Below are positions 44,336 to 54,949 of a DNA stretch of 64,000 bases, piece after piece; the first letter of the stretch is position 1, and every line of letters starts with the position of its first letter. Source of the stretch: Myxococcota bacterium (GTDB lineage: Bacteria > Myxococcota_A > Polyangia > Nannocystales > Nannocystaceae); the NCBI GenBank assembly GCA_039028615.1, contig JBCCHT010000040.1, forward strand, positions 44,259 to 108,258. Reading direction: 5' to 3'. Position numbers and translations under genes: made by a program. A model generated the notes under the pieces. That model was not told the origin of the DNA, made no database searches, and saw only the letters and a list, made by a program, of their open reading frames with translations.

Positions 44336-44362
44336 CGAGTGTCCACAACAACGGATAGACCA

Positions 44363-45511
<1,149 letters not shown>

Positions 45512-45587
45512 AGACGACGATTTGGCCCGGGAGGCGGTGCCCCGAACACGGGGGCCGCTCCCGGGCCGATCGGTTGGTTACGGGGCG

Positions 45588-46091
45588 CTACTTCGGCGGC
45601 CCGGCGAGCTCGGCCACGGCTTCGAGCATGGGCGGCAGCCCGGCCTCGCTGAGGCGATGATCGTCGTCGACCTCGCGCAGCTCGGCGCCGTGCTCCCGCG
45701 CGAACGCACGGCTGACGTCGATGGGGATGATGTCGTCCCGCGTGCCGTGGATGATGATCGTTCGCGTCGGTCGGCTCAGCTGCGCGACCGTCTGCGGTGG
45801 CGGCGGCAGCATGAGGGCGGGGGCGCAGAGCACCAGGCCGGGCAGCGTCATGCCGCGCTCGGACGCCATGATCGCGGCGATGAGGCCCCCGATGCCGCCG
45901 AAGCTCGAGCCCACCAATACGGGCGGCGGGTCGACTCCCTCGAGCGCTTCGAGGATGCGGGGGATGCGGGCACCCAGATCGAGGCCGCGACCGTCGGGCG
46001 CGATGACGTGGTAGCCGGCATCGATGATGGCCTGCGACTTGCGACCGATGGGGTCGCTCTCGAGTCCGTGGGCAAAGACGATGGTGGTCAT
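45588..46091 (-). CDS. small alpha/beta hydrolase (YqiA/YcfP-like)
   Basis: FAHGLES, GSSFGG, IHGTRDD, DDDHRL. Confidence 0.88.
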   Translation of the reverse strand: MTTIVFAHGLESDPIGRKSQAIIDAGYHVIAPDGRGLDLGARIPRILEALEGVDPPPVLVGSSFGGIGGLIAAIMASERGMTLPGLVLCAPALMLPPPPQTVAQLSRPTRTIIIHGTRDDIIPIDVSRAFAREHGAELREVDDDHRLSEAGLPPMLEAVAELAGPPK

Positions 46092-47761
46092 TGCAAGGCG
46101 TCCGGGGGCGCGATGGCGGCCAGCGCCATCAGGGCGTGAATGTTGTCGGGGTCTTCGTCGACCATGCGACGAAGCTCGGCAAAGGCCGCGTCCCCCTGAC
46201 CGCGGGCGGCGGCGCGCTGCAGGCTGCCCACGAGGTCGTGCGCGGCGAGCCAGCGGTAGCCGTGGCGCTCGGCGAGCGCGGCGTTCGGCCCCTGCGCACG
46301 CACGTAGATCAGCGCGCGACGGCTGGCGTGCACGAGGGTCCAGGCGGGGTCGAGGTCGAAGTGCAGCCGCGACTTGTCCATCGGTACGTTGTCGACGAAC
46401 ACCCACTCGAGCTCGCGCTCCTGCACCTCTTTTGCGAAGCTGCCGTGCTCGTGCAGCACGCGGCTGTAGTGCTCGACGAAGGAGGCGGGGTAGACCAGAT
46501 CGGTGCGCCCGTCGATGTACACGCGATGCCGCGGCCACAGGTGGAAGATGATGAAGCCGCCGAGGCCGAACTCGTTGAACAGCGCCCCCTGGGGATGCAG
46601 CTCCTCCGGTAGCGCATTGATGAAGGCCAGCCCGCGCTCGGGATAGTGCGCAGGGGTCAGCGCCGAGCCGGGCAGCTCCACCGGGCGCGCGAGGGTCGAT
46701 GCCAGCAGCACGCCCGCGGACGACACCGCGATGAGCCCCCGCAACCGACCGGTCCACGCCTTCGAGGCGGCGGCGAGACCACTGGCGGCGGGCCCGGCCC
46801 CCAAAAGCGCGAGCACGGGCAGGTGCCGCATGGAGCTGCTGCCCAGGGTCAACGCCATCGCGGCGAGCATGAGGTCCCATGGCGACCAGGGGCGGAGCTT
46901 CCACTGCCCGAGCGCGGTGCCGAGGACGGTGGCGCCGATGGTGATGAAGCTGGCCGGGGTCAGGATCGCGATGAGTTCACGGGACACGGGCGCCCACTCG
47001 GTGATGAGCGGGCTGTGTTGACCGGTCAGCGCGATGGTGGTGGTGATGATGGTGATCCCGTAGGGCGTGACCAGGCAGCCGAGGCTCGACCCGAGCGCGA
47101 CCAGGGCCGCGCGTCGCCAGTTGCGATCGCGACCGAGCCGGACCTCGACGACGGTCGTCACCGCGTAGGCCCACAGCACGACCGGCACCAACAACACGCC
47201 GCGGTGCAGGTTGGCGTTGAGGATGGTCAGCGGCACCACCCACCACAGGCCTCGCAGGCCGCGACGGTCTCGCTCCACCAGCAGCAAGGCGAGCACCAGG
47301 ATGACCAGCGAGATCGAGGCCGCGCGCTCGGTGAACCGAAACGCCACCGCATCGAGCACGGCGGCGAGGATGAGCACGGCCAGGCTGGTGGGGACCTTCC
47401 GCTCGTGGTGGATCCATCGCCACAGCAGCCACGCCAAGGCACCGAAGAGCAGGACCTTGAAGCCGATGATCACGGGCGCACCCCCGAGCTGCCACAGCCC
47501 ATGAAAGAGGATGGCCGCGCCCGCATCCTTCCAGGGCCAGGGGTTGCCGGCTTGGGTATGCGAGAACACCTCGACGCTGGTGTCCGGCTCGCCCGCGAGC
47601 AGCAGCTCGCCCAGCTTCATGTGCCACCACAGATCGAGGTCGAGCAGCGGCCGCGCTCCGTGCATGACCACCGCGCCCGCCACCAGCGCCAAAACCGCGA
47701 ACGCGAGCACCCGCGGCAGCGGAGCGGTCGGGCTCTGTCCGGGTTCGGCCACGCAGGGCAA
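46088..47761 (-). CDS. polytopic membrane protein, GT-C-like, with C-terminal soluble/TPR-like region
   Basis: DLDLWWHMKLG after TM1, NANLH.G, TEW, YIDGRTDL. Confidence 0.65.
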   Translation of the reverse strand: MPCVAEPGQSPTAPLPRVLAFAVLALVAGAVVMHGARPLLDLDLWWHMKLGELLLAGEPDTSVEVFSHTQAGNPWPWKDAGAAILFHGLWQLGGAPVIIGFKVLLFGALAWLLWRWIHHERKVPTSLAVLILAAVLDAVAFRFTERAASISLVILVLALLLVERDRRGLRGLWWVVPLTILNANLHRGVLLVPVVLWAYAVTTVVEVRLGRDRNWRRAALVALGSSLGCLVTPYGITIITTTIALTGQHSPLITEWAPVSRELIAILTPASFITIGATVLGTALGQWKLRPWSPWDLMLAAMALTLGSSSMRHLPVLALLGAGPAASGLAAASKAWTGRLRGLIAVSSAGVLLASTLARPVELPGSALTPAHYPERGLAFINALPEELHPQGALFNEFGLGGFIIFHLWPRHRVYIDGRTDLVYPASFVEHYSRVLHEHGSFAKEVQERELEWVFVDNVPMDKSRLHFDLDPAWTLVHASRRALIYVRAQGPNAALAERHGYRWLAAHDLVGSLQRAAARGQGDAAFAELRRMVDEDPDNIHALMALAAIAPPDALQ

Positions 47762-47804
47762 GGCTACGGGGAAACTGGGCCTGATTGGGGCTTGACGCTC
47801 TTGA

Positions 47805-47846
47805 ACTACGGCTGTAGTACTACACAGGTAGTACTACAGCCGTAGT
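47805..47846 (+). promoter_or_regulatory. three abutting BlaI/MecI/CopY-type operator boxes (ACTAC-N4-GTAGT)
   Basis: ACTACGGCTGTAGT|ACTACACAGGTAGT|ACTACAGCCGTAGT directly upstream of the BlaI-family gene; TTGACG at 47792. Confidence 0.88.
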
Positions 47847-47864
47847 GCATCATCCCTCCTCCTC

Positions 47865-48275
47865 ATGGCGCCGTCACCCCAGCTCAGCGACCAACAGCTC
47901 GCCTTCATGCGGGTGCTGTGGGACCAAGGAGAGGCCACTGCCCAACAGATGCAGGCGGCCTTGGCCGAGCAGGGAGTGACGTTGGCCCCCACCACGGTGG
48001 CGACCGTGCTCGGCCGCCTCGAGCGGCGCGGGCTGGTGGGGCATCGCAGTCGCGGGCGGCAGTACGTGTATCGAGCTCGCGCCGACGAGCAGGAGATCCG
48101 CCGCACCATGCTGGCGCGTCTCACCGATTTTTTCTTTGGCGGGGACCCACAGGCGTTGGTTTCCCACCTCACCGCGGGCCACGGCTTGGGCCAAAAAGAC
48201 CTGGATGAAGTTCGGCGGTTGATTGCCGAACGCGAACCGAAAAACCGGGAATCGAACGACGACGGCGATAGTTGA
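47865..48275 (+). CDS. BlaI/MecI/CopY family transcriptional repressor
   Basis: LSDQQLAFMRVLW, TTVATVLGRL, GRQYVY, FFGGD. Confidence 0.95.
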   Translation: MAPSPQLSDQQLAFMRVLWDQGEATAQQMQAALAEQGVTLAPTTVATVLGRLERRGLVGHRSRGRQYVYRARADEQEIRRTMLARLTDFFFGGDPQALVSHLTAGHGLGQKDLDEVRRLIAEREPKNRESNDDGDS

Positions 48276-48312
48276 GGTCGCCGCCTCAAACCAACCTCGG
48301 AAGCAGGACCTC

Positions 48313-50022
48313 ATGGAGTGGCTGTTGACCTATGCGGTGCATAGCACCGCACTGATCGCATTGGTGTGGTTGCTGACCACCATCATCCCCAAGATTTCTC
48401 TCGGCACCAAAGAAGCCCTATGGAAGGTAGCGCTGCTGGGTCCGCTGATGACGGCCACCGTGCACCAGGTGGCGGGCGTGCCTTCGGTGTTCGGCTCGTT
48501 GCCCGTGCCGTCGGCGTTGCGCACCGCGGTGGCCGAGAGCACGCCGCCGCAGCCGTCTGCGCCCGTGGTGCTCGCGTCCAATGGCGGCGCGGTGCAGATC
48601 GCCACGACCGCCGCCGACGGTGGGCCTTCGGTGGAGCGACGCGTCGTTCGCCATCGGGCGGGTGACCTCGAGATCACCACCATTCGCCAGCGACAGGCGC
48701 CCACCATGGCGGCGGCTCCGGCCGTGGCCGCGCCCACCGAGCCCTCGCCGTGGCCGATGGTGCTGCTCGGGCTGTGGGGCGTCGGGGCGGTGCTGGGCCT
48801 GGCTCGACTCGGTTGGTCGGCGCGACGGCTCTCCAAGCAGCTCGCCGGTCGACGCGACGTCATCGAAGACCCCGTGCTCGAGGGCTACCTCGATCTGTGC
48901 TCCAAGGCGGGGCTCAAGAAGCGCCCGCGGCTGACCGCGTCCGCTCACCTGCGCTCGCCCATCGCCCTGGGGCGCCGCGAGATCTGCGTGCCCGAGCGCG
49001 CGGTCGACAGCCTCAGCGCACCGCAGCAGCAGGGCATGCTGGCCCACGAGCTCGCGCACCTCGTTCGCCACGATCCGGTCTGGAACGTGGCGACCGCGGT
49101 GTTCGAGGCGGTGTTCTTCTTCCAGCCCCTCAACTACCTGGCGCGGCGCAAGATCCAAGAGGTCGCCGAGTTCCAGTGTGACGACTGGGCCGCGCGTCAG
49201 ACCGGCACCGGGGTGCACCTGGCCAAGTGCCTGGCCGAGGTCGCGGGTTGGGTCGAAGATGGCCCGCCCATGACCGCCGCCGCCACCTCCATGGCGGGCA
49301 GCGGCTCGCCCATCGTTCGCCGCATCACTCGCTTGCTGCACGAGCGACGCCGCGGCGGCCGAGTCCACCCGGTGGGTCGCGTGGCGCTCACCATCGGCAC
49401 CCTGGGAGCGGTCATCGCGTTGGTGCCGGGGGTGTCGCAGGCCGAGCACGACGGCGCCGCTCCGCCGCCGCGCCGCATCACCGTCGCGAGCCTCGATGGC
49501 TCACCGCGCGGCGTGGTCTTCGAGGATCGCTCCGATGCCGCCCACGACCGCTCCGTCATCCGGGTGATGGCCGGCGACGAGATGGTGGAGATCAACGTGC
49601 AGGCGCCCAACGAGGTCCCGCTTCCGCCGCCTGCGCCCGAGCCTCCGCGCGGCGATCGCATGGAGATTCGGATCCACGGTCATGTCGGCCCGTGGGGCCC
49701 CTGGGGCTTCGACGACTCTTGGCTCGGCATGCTCGGTCTCGGCTCGGGGGGCTTCGAGATCCACCTGCGCGACGACGACGATTCGATCTCGTTCTTCGGT
49801 CACGGGGGTCACGAGCACCATCGCGCCCGGGCGCAGGCGCGGGCCAAGGAACGCGCACGTGCGCGGCTGGAGCGACATCGCGAGCGACTGGAGCGGCACG
49901 CCGAGCGACTGGAGCGGCGGGCGGAGCGAATCGAGCGAGACCTCGAAGAGGCCGTGCGTGAGGCGGTGACCGGAGCATCGTGGTCCGGCGAGCCCACCCG
50001 CATCGAGGTGGTCGAGCTGTAG
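48313..50022 (+). CDS. M56 family (BlaR1-like) metallopeptidase/sensor
   Basis: TM helices, LAHELAH, FFQPL, EFQCDDWA; C-terminal region not penicillin-binding-like. Confidence 0.92.
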   Translation: MEWLLTYAVHSTALIALVWLLTTIIPKISLGTKEALWKVALLGPLMTATVHQVAGVPSVFGSLPVPSALRTAVAESTPPQPSAPVVLASNGGAVQIATTAADGGPSVERRVVRHRAGDLEITTIRQRQAPTMAAAPAVAAPTEPSPWPMVLLGLWGVGAVLGLARLGWSARRLSKQLAGRRDVIEDPVLEGYLDLCSKAGLKKRPRLTASAHLRSPIALGRREICVPERAVDSLSAPQQQGMLAHELAHLVRHDPVWNVATAVFEAVFFFQPLNYLARRKIQEVAEFQCDDWAARQTGTGVHLAKCLAEVAGWVEDGPPMTAAATSMAGSGSPIVRRITRLLHERRRGGRVHPVGRVALTIGTLGAVIALVPGVSQAEHDGAAPPPRRITVASLDGSPRGVVFEDRSDAAHDRSVIRVMAGDEMVEINVQAPNEVPLPPPAPEPPRGDRMEIRIHGHVGPWGPWGFDDSWLGMLGLGSGGFEIHLRDDDDSISFFGHGGHEHHRARAQARAKERARARLERHRERLERHAERLERRAERIERDLEEAVREAVTGASWSGEPTRIEVVEL

Positions 50023-50065
50023 GCGCCCACTGGGTCGCGATTGCTGCGACTTGGGCCACCGAACG

Positions 50066-50095
50066 ACGAAGGGCTGCACTGCAGCCCTTCGTTTT
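50066..50095 (+). terminator. intrinsic terminator of the blaI-M56 operon
   Basis: ACGAAGGGCTGC-ACT-GCAGCCCTTCGT followed by TTT. Confidence 0.8.
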
Positions 50096-50143
50096 GTGAT
50101 GTTCGCCGCCGAAAACAGGTTTCTGGGCCGGTATACTCGGGCC

Positions 50144-51619
50144 GTGACGATTGGACGATGGCGGTGGCAAGGGGCGGTGGCGCTCGCCGTGGGCTTGGCC
50201 GCGTGCGTCGACGGCAGCCCTCCGATCGAAGGCGATGGCGACGGCACGTCGGGCGGGAGCTCCACGACGGGGCCGGTGGTCGGCGATGTGACCGGCCCGC
50301 CGATGGAAGGCAGCACGGGCGGCCTGACCACCGATTCGCCGCAACCGGGGACCACCACCGTCGTCGACGACTCCAGCGGGCCGGGCTCCACGGGAAGCAC
50401 GGGCGAGCCGGGCTGCGAGGACTGCCCCGAGGCGCAGCTCGATGTCGTCTTCGTGGTCGACAACTCGGTGAGCATGGGCGCGCCGCAGCATCGCTTGGCG
50501 ACCGCCGCGGAAGCACTGATGGAGCAGTTCGCCCTGCTCGAGGCCGATCGAGGCATCGAGCTCGACCTGCACCTGATGGTCACCACCACCGATTTCGGCA
50601 ACCCGCTGTGCACGCCGTTCCAACCCGCGGGCTATAGCCCCTCGATGGGCGCGCCGATCGATACGCCCTGCGTCGATCGACTCGACGATTTCGAGTCGTT
50701 GAACGGGTTGTTGGTGACGCCGGAGATCTGCACCGACGTGTGCGGCGATTCCATCGCCCCCAGCGATCCCTTCGTGGCCGTGCGCGGAGGCGAGGACAAC
50801 GTGCCGGACGGGACCGCGCTGGACGCCCTGCAGTGCCTGCTGCCGCAGGGGCTCATCGGCTGTGGCTTCGAATCGCCGCTGGAGACCATGCTGCAGGCGC
50901 TCAACCCGGGGGCGGGGTGGAACCAGCCCGGCAATCCGTTCCTGCGCGACGACGCGGCGTTGGCCCTGGTGCTGCTCACCGACGAGATGGACTGCAGCGC
51001 CCAGGACTACTCGATCTTCGACAACCCCGAGCTCATGAATGCCAACCCCAACACGGGGTCGCCCCAGGCCTCGTCCGCGATCTGTTGGAACGCGGGGGTC
51101 AGCTGCGACGGCCCGGACGGCATGGGGATCTACAGCGACTGCATGCCGACCGTGGGCTCGGGCCTGCACGCCACGGCGCGCTATCGGCAGTACCTGATCG
51201 ACGAGCTGGTCGGTAACCAGGGCAAAGAGGTCATGATGCTGGCGCTGACCGGGGTGCCGCAGGTGGTCGAGCACTCGACCGAGCCACCCTTCGAACCGGT
51301 GGCCGGTGGCATCGACGACCTGGTCGTGCGGGACTGGATCGACTTCCCGTACCCGGCCGGCGACATCATCCCCAGCGAGTGGGCTCTAGGGATCGACGCC
51401 GCGGAGAAGACCTTCCAGCTCGGTATCGGCCCCGCCTGCACCACCGCCGACTCGGAGGGCACCTTCACGCAGGCCGTGCCCGCGCCGCGGATCCAAGAGG
51501 TATGCCAGGCGCTCGACGAGCAGGAGGGCGCGGCCCATTGTTGCATCGAGTCCGTTTGCGACGATGACTACTCGCCCGCGATGAACTGCTTGCGGGGCAT
51601 GCTGGAAACGTCGCTCTGA
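50144..51619 (+). CDS. myxobacterial Cys-rich vWA-like lipoprotein
   Basis: LAAC lipobox; VFVVDNSVSM, GCGFESPLE, FLRDDA, LTDEMDCS. Confidence 0.82.
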   Translation: MTIGRWRWQGAVALAVGLAACVDGSPPIEGDGDGTSGGSSTTGPVVGDVTGPPMEGSTGGLTTDSPQPGTTTVVDDSSGPGSTGSTGEPGCEDCPEAQLDVVFVVDNSVSMGAPQHRLATAAEALMEQFALLEADRGIELDLHLMVTTTDFGNPLCTPFQPAGYSPSMGAPIDTPCVDRLDDFESLNGLLVTPEICTDVCGDSIAPSDPFVAVRGGEDNVPDGTALDALQCLLPQGLIGCGFESPLETMLQALNPGAGWNQPGNPFLRDDAALALVLLTDEMDCSAQDYSIFDNPELMNANPNTGSPQASSAICWNAGVSCDGPDGMGIYSDCMPTVGSGLHATARYRQYLIDELVGNQGKEVMMLALTGVPQVVEHSTEPPFEPVAGGIDDLVVRDWIDFPYPAGDIIPSEWALGIDAAEKTFQLGIGPACTTADSEGTFTQAVPAPRIQEVCQALDEQEGAAHCCIESVCDDDYSPAMNCLRGMLETSL

Positions 51620-51674
51620 GCCGGAAGAGGATGCCCGAGGGCTGAGGCCGTGGCTGCGGGGGTACGATGGCCCC

Positions 51675-52352
51675 GTGGACCTTCGCGCCGCTCCGGGCAC
51701 GGCTTTGCTGATCGATGCGGCGGGGACTCTGCTGAGCCCGTCTGCGTCGATCGTCGAGACCTACGCTCGCTTCGCCCGCGGCTTCGGGGGCACCAAGACG
51801 CCCAAGGAGATCGGGGCGCTGCTGCCCGGGGTGATGGAGCGGGCGCGACCGCTGCGGGCGCGCAGGCCCGACTGGCGGCCGTACTGGGCCGAGGTGGTGC
51901 GCGTGTCCACGGGGGTCGAGTCGCCCGAGCTGCTCGAGGCGCTGTTCGACTACTACACGCGGGCCGATGCCTGGCGCGTGACCCCGGGTGCCGAAGCCTG
52001 CGCGCGAGCGGTGGCCGAGCGCGGCATGAAGGTCGCGGTGGTCTCCAATTGGGATACGCGACTGCGCCGAACCCTGGGCGAGCTACGGGTGCTGGAGTGG
52101 ATCGACACCGCGATCATCTCCGCCGAGCTGGGGGTCGAGAAGCCGGCGCCGGGCATCTTCCATCGTGCGTGTGAGCGCTTGGATGTCGAGCCCGCGTGCG
52201 CGCTGCACGTCGGCGACGATGCCAACGACGACGTGGCCGGCGCGCGTGCGGCCGGCTGTCATGCGCTGCACTGGCCCGCACAGGTGGGCAGCTTCGCCGC
52301 CCTCGCGCGTCGCTTGCTGACGCCGCGCGTCGATGCCTCGGTCTCGGGCTGA
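51675..52352 (+). CDS. HAD-superfamily hydrolase (subfamily IA)
   Basis: DAAGTL, VVSNWD, EKP, HVGD...DV. Confidence 0.92.
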   Translation: MDLRAAPGTALLIDAAGTLLSPSASIVETYARFARGFGGTKTPKEIGALLPGVMERARPLRARRPDWRPYWAEVVRVSTGVESPELLEALFDYYTRADAWRVTPGAEACARAVAERGMKVAVVSNWDTRLRRTLGELRVLEWIDTAIISAELGVEKPAPGIFHRACERLDVEPACALHVGDDANDDVAGARAAGCHALHWPAQVGSFAALARRLLTPRVDASVSG

Positions 52353-52357
52353 ACCGC

Positions 52358-52579
52358 TCAGGGCTCGAGGCCGAGCGCCCGCATCAACACCGCGCGCTCT
52401 TCCTCGCACTCGGGGCAGATCTTGCGGTGGTGCTCCATCAACGCCCGCAGCGGCCCTTCGAGCCCGCCCTCGACGAACGCGGCGAGGTGGCGGCTGAACT
52501 GGTCGCAGTCGACCTCGTCGTCGCGGGTCAGGTCGAGCAGATTGCCGAGGGTCCGGTCGGCCTCATTGGTCTCGCTCAT
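52358..52579 (-). CDS. small soluble zinc-binding (zf-HC2/ZAS) anti-sigma factor
   Basis: DCD...HRKICPEC; overlaps the sigma-factor stop. Confidence 0.85.
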   Translation of the reverse strand: MSETNEADRTLGNLLDLTRDDEVDCDQFSRHLAAFVEGGLEGPLRALMEHHRKICPECEEERAVLMRALGLEP

Positions 52580-53178
52580 GGCGTCAGCTCTCCGTCGGTG
52601 GAATCGAGCAGATCGGCCGCGGACAGGCCCCGGTCGAGCAGATGGGCGCGCAGGCGCTTGCGGCCGTCGTGCAGCATTTTGTAGAGGGCGCCGCGGCTTC
52701 GGCCCGTGCGGCGGGCGATCTCCATGAGCGGCAAGCCGCCCAGCTCGGCCATGAGGGCCTCGCGCTGGGCATCGGTGAGCACCTGCTCGATCGCCTCCCG
52801 CACGATCCGGCGTGCGTCTTCCCGCTGGAGCCTCGCGGGGCTCGGTGGCGGCTCGGCGAGCGCGGCCCGGCCGGCCTCGATCGACTCGTCGAGGCTCGCG
52901 TGGGCATGGCGTCGGCGCCGGAGCTCACCGAGAGCCCCGTTGACCGCAATCGAAACCGCCCAGGTCGTGAAGCGACTGTCACCGCGAAAATCCTCCAGGC
53001 GCTCGATCACCCGCACCAGGGCTTGCTGCGCGAGGTCGTCGAGATCCGCGTCTCCGAGTTGCTTGCCGAAGCCTCGGGCCAGCGTCTTGCGCAGGATGTC
53101 CCGAAGCTGCCGCGATGCTGCGTCGCGACGGGCGGGGTCGCGCAAGTCGGCGACCCATTGCTCGTGGCTCGGCGGCAC
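52576..53178 (-). CDS. ECF sigma-70 factor
   Basis: DDLAQQAL, FRGDSRFTTW, EIARRTG...LHDGRKRL. Confidence 0.92.
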   Translation of the reverse strand: MPPSHEQWVADLRDPARRDAASRQLRDILRKTLARGFGKQLGDADLDDLAQQALVRVIERLEDFRGDSRFTTWAVSIAVNGALGELRRRRHAHASLDESIEAGRAALAEPPPSPARLQREDARRIVREAIEQVLTDAQREALMAELGGLPLMEIARRTGRSRGALYKMLHDGRKRLRAHLLDRGLSAADLLDSTDGELTP

Positions 53179-53215
53179 GCGGCTACTTTCGGGTGGCCGG
53201 GCCCGGGGGTCAAGC

Positions 53216-54664
53216 TCATGCCCCCGGCCCCAGCTCGGACACGGCGCACTTGATCGGCGAGCCGTGCTTCATCTTCGCCGCCAGGTCCCGCAGCGCCGTG
53301 CGTACGCCCTCTTCCACCACCGGGTGATAGAAGGGCATCTCCAGGGCGCGGTCGACGGTGAGCCCCTGCTGGATCGCCCACGCGAGCAGGTGCGACAGGT
53401 GCTCGACCCGGGGCCCGAACAGCTCGGCCCCCAGCAGCTGACCGGTGTGCTTGTCGCCGTAGATCCGCACGCGGCCGGCGTTGATGCCCTGCACCCGGGC
53501 GCGGCCCTGGTCGCCGTAGTCGACCTCGCCGGCCACCGCCTCACAGTTGCCCAGGGCGGAGAAGCCCCGACCGACGATGCCGATCTGCGGATCGCTGAAC
53601 ACGATGGCCAAGGGCGTGCGGCGAGAGGTCGCGCGGACCTGCGGGAAGTGAGCCGCGTTGCCGCCCGCGAGGCGACCGTCGTCGGCCGCTTCGTGCAGCA
53701 GCGGGTGCAGGCCGTTGACGTCGCCGGCCACGAAGATCGGCGCGCCCTCGAGCTGGAGCGTGTCGGGATCGATGTCGAAGCGGCCGTTGGCCTGCGGCTC
53801 GATCCCGAGGCTTTCCAGGCCCAGCCCCCGCAGGTTGGGGCGTCGCCCGGCCGCCATCAGCAAGCGCTCGAAGGTCTCGGTGCGCTCGTTGCCCCTCGAG
53901 TCGGTGAACGAGAAGCGAACCCCGTCGTCCACCCGCTCGATGGAGTGCAGCGTGTAGTCGGGGTGCAGGTCGAGCTCGTCGGTCAGCACGCGCTTGGCCT
54001 CCGCGAGCACCTCGGGGTCGCTCAGCGGGCCCACGCCACCCCCGACGCCCACCAACGTGGTGCGCACGCCGAGTCGATGCAGCGCCTGCCCGAGCTCGAG
54101 GCCGATGACCCCCAGGCCCACGACGAGCACGCTCTTCGGCAGGTTCTCGAGCTCGAACACGTGGTCGTTGGTAATGAGCCGATCGTCGAGCCCGCGGAAG
54201 GGCGGGGGGACGAAGGGCGTGCTGCCAGTCGCGATGACCAGGCGTTCGAAGCGGACCTCGGTCTGCCCGTCCACCGACAGCAAGCCGGGGCCTTCGAGCT
54301 TGGCGCGCCCGACCAGCAGCTCGCCCGCCTCCCGGGCGTCGTCGATCACGTTGCCGACGAAGCCGACGAAGCGGTCGCGCTCCGATTGCACGCGCTTCAT
54401 CACCGCCGCCCCGTCGATGGCGACCTCGGGGACCTTCACCCCGAAGCGCCCCGCCTCGCGGGCGTGGTGGGCCGCATCGGCGGCCGCGATGAGCAGCTTG
54501 CTCGGCATACAGCCCACGCGAGCGCAGGTGGTGCCGAAGGGGCCCGGGTCGATCATCAGGACCGACTTGCCCGCGGAGGCGGCGGCCCGCCGGGCGCTCA
54601 GCCCGGCCGTGCCCGCCCCGAGGATCGCGACGTCGACGTGACGCGTTTGCGCTTTGTTCGTCAT
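53216..54664 (-). CDS. flavoprotein disulfide reductase (dihydrolipoamide-dehydrogenase-like)
   Basis: GAGTAG, TTCARVGCMPSK, IATGS, GLGVIGLE, AGD, YHPVVEEG. Confidence 0.92.
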   Translation of the reverse strand: MTNKAQTRHVDVAILGAGTAGLSARRAAASAGKSVLMIDPGPFGTTCARVGCMPSKLLIAAADAAHHAREAGRFGVKVPEVAIDGAAVMKRVQSERDRFVGFVGNVIDDAREAGELLVGRAKLEGPGLLSVDGQTEVRFERLVIATGSTPFVPPPFRGLDDRLITNDHVFELENLPKSVLVVGLGVIGLELGQALHRLGVRTTLVGVGGGVGPLSDPEVLAEAKRVLTDELDLHPDYTLHSIERVDDGVRFSFTDSRGNERTETFERLLMAAGRRPNLRGLGLESLGIEPQANGRFDIDPDTLQLEGAPIFVAGDVNGLHPLLHEAADDGRLAGGNAAHFPQVRATSRRTPLAIVFSDPQIGIVGRGFSALGNCEAVAGEVDYGDQGRARVQGINAGRVRIYGDKHTGQLLGAELFGPRVEHLSHLLAWAIQQGLTVDRALEMPFYHPVVEEGVRTALRDLAAKMKHGSPIKCAVSELGPGA

Positions 54665-54676
54665 TGTTCGTTTCTC

Positions 54677-54949
54677 TCAGGCGGCGGTGGAGCGGAGGGT
54701 GGCGACGTGGCGCCGCAGGTAGGCCACGATGTCGTCGGACTCGGGCAACAGCGTCTCGCCGTCTTCGCTGGGGATGCTGAGTACGGGCACCGTGGTGCGT
54801 CCGCGGGCGTCCAGCAGGCGGCGGCGGGCGGCCGGGTCGGCCGCGATGTCGATGAGCTCGAGCTCGATACCCAGCTCGGCGGCGGCACGGCGAACCTTCA
54901 GACAGAAGGGGCAGGTGCGCAGGTGGTAGAGGGAAAGCGTCGCGGTCAT
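54677..54949 (-). CDS. glutaredoxin
   Basis: CPFC, TVPVL, ESDDIVAYL. Confidence 0.9.
   Translation of the reverse strand: MTATLSLYHLRTCPFCLKVRRAAAELGIELELIDIAADPAARRRLLDARGRTTVPVLSIPSEDGETLLPESDDIVAYLRRHVATLRSTAA

Noticed and set aside
47805..47846. 14-bp repeated units as a mini-CRISPR or iteron array
   Set aside because: No spacers and no cas or rep genes; explained as BlaI operators
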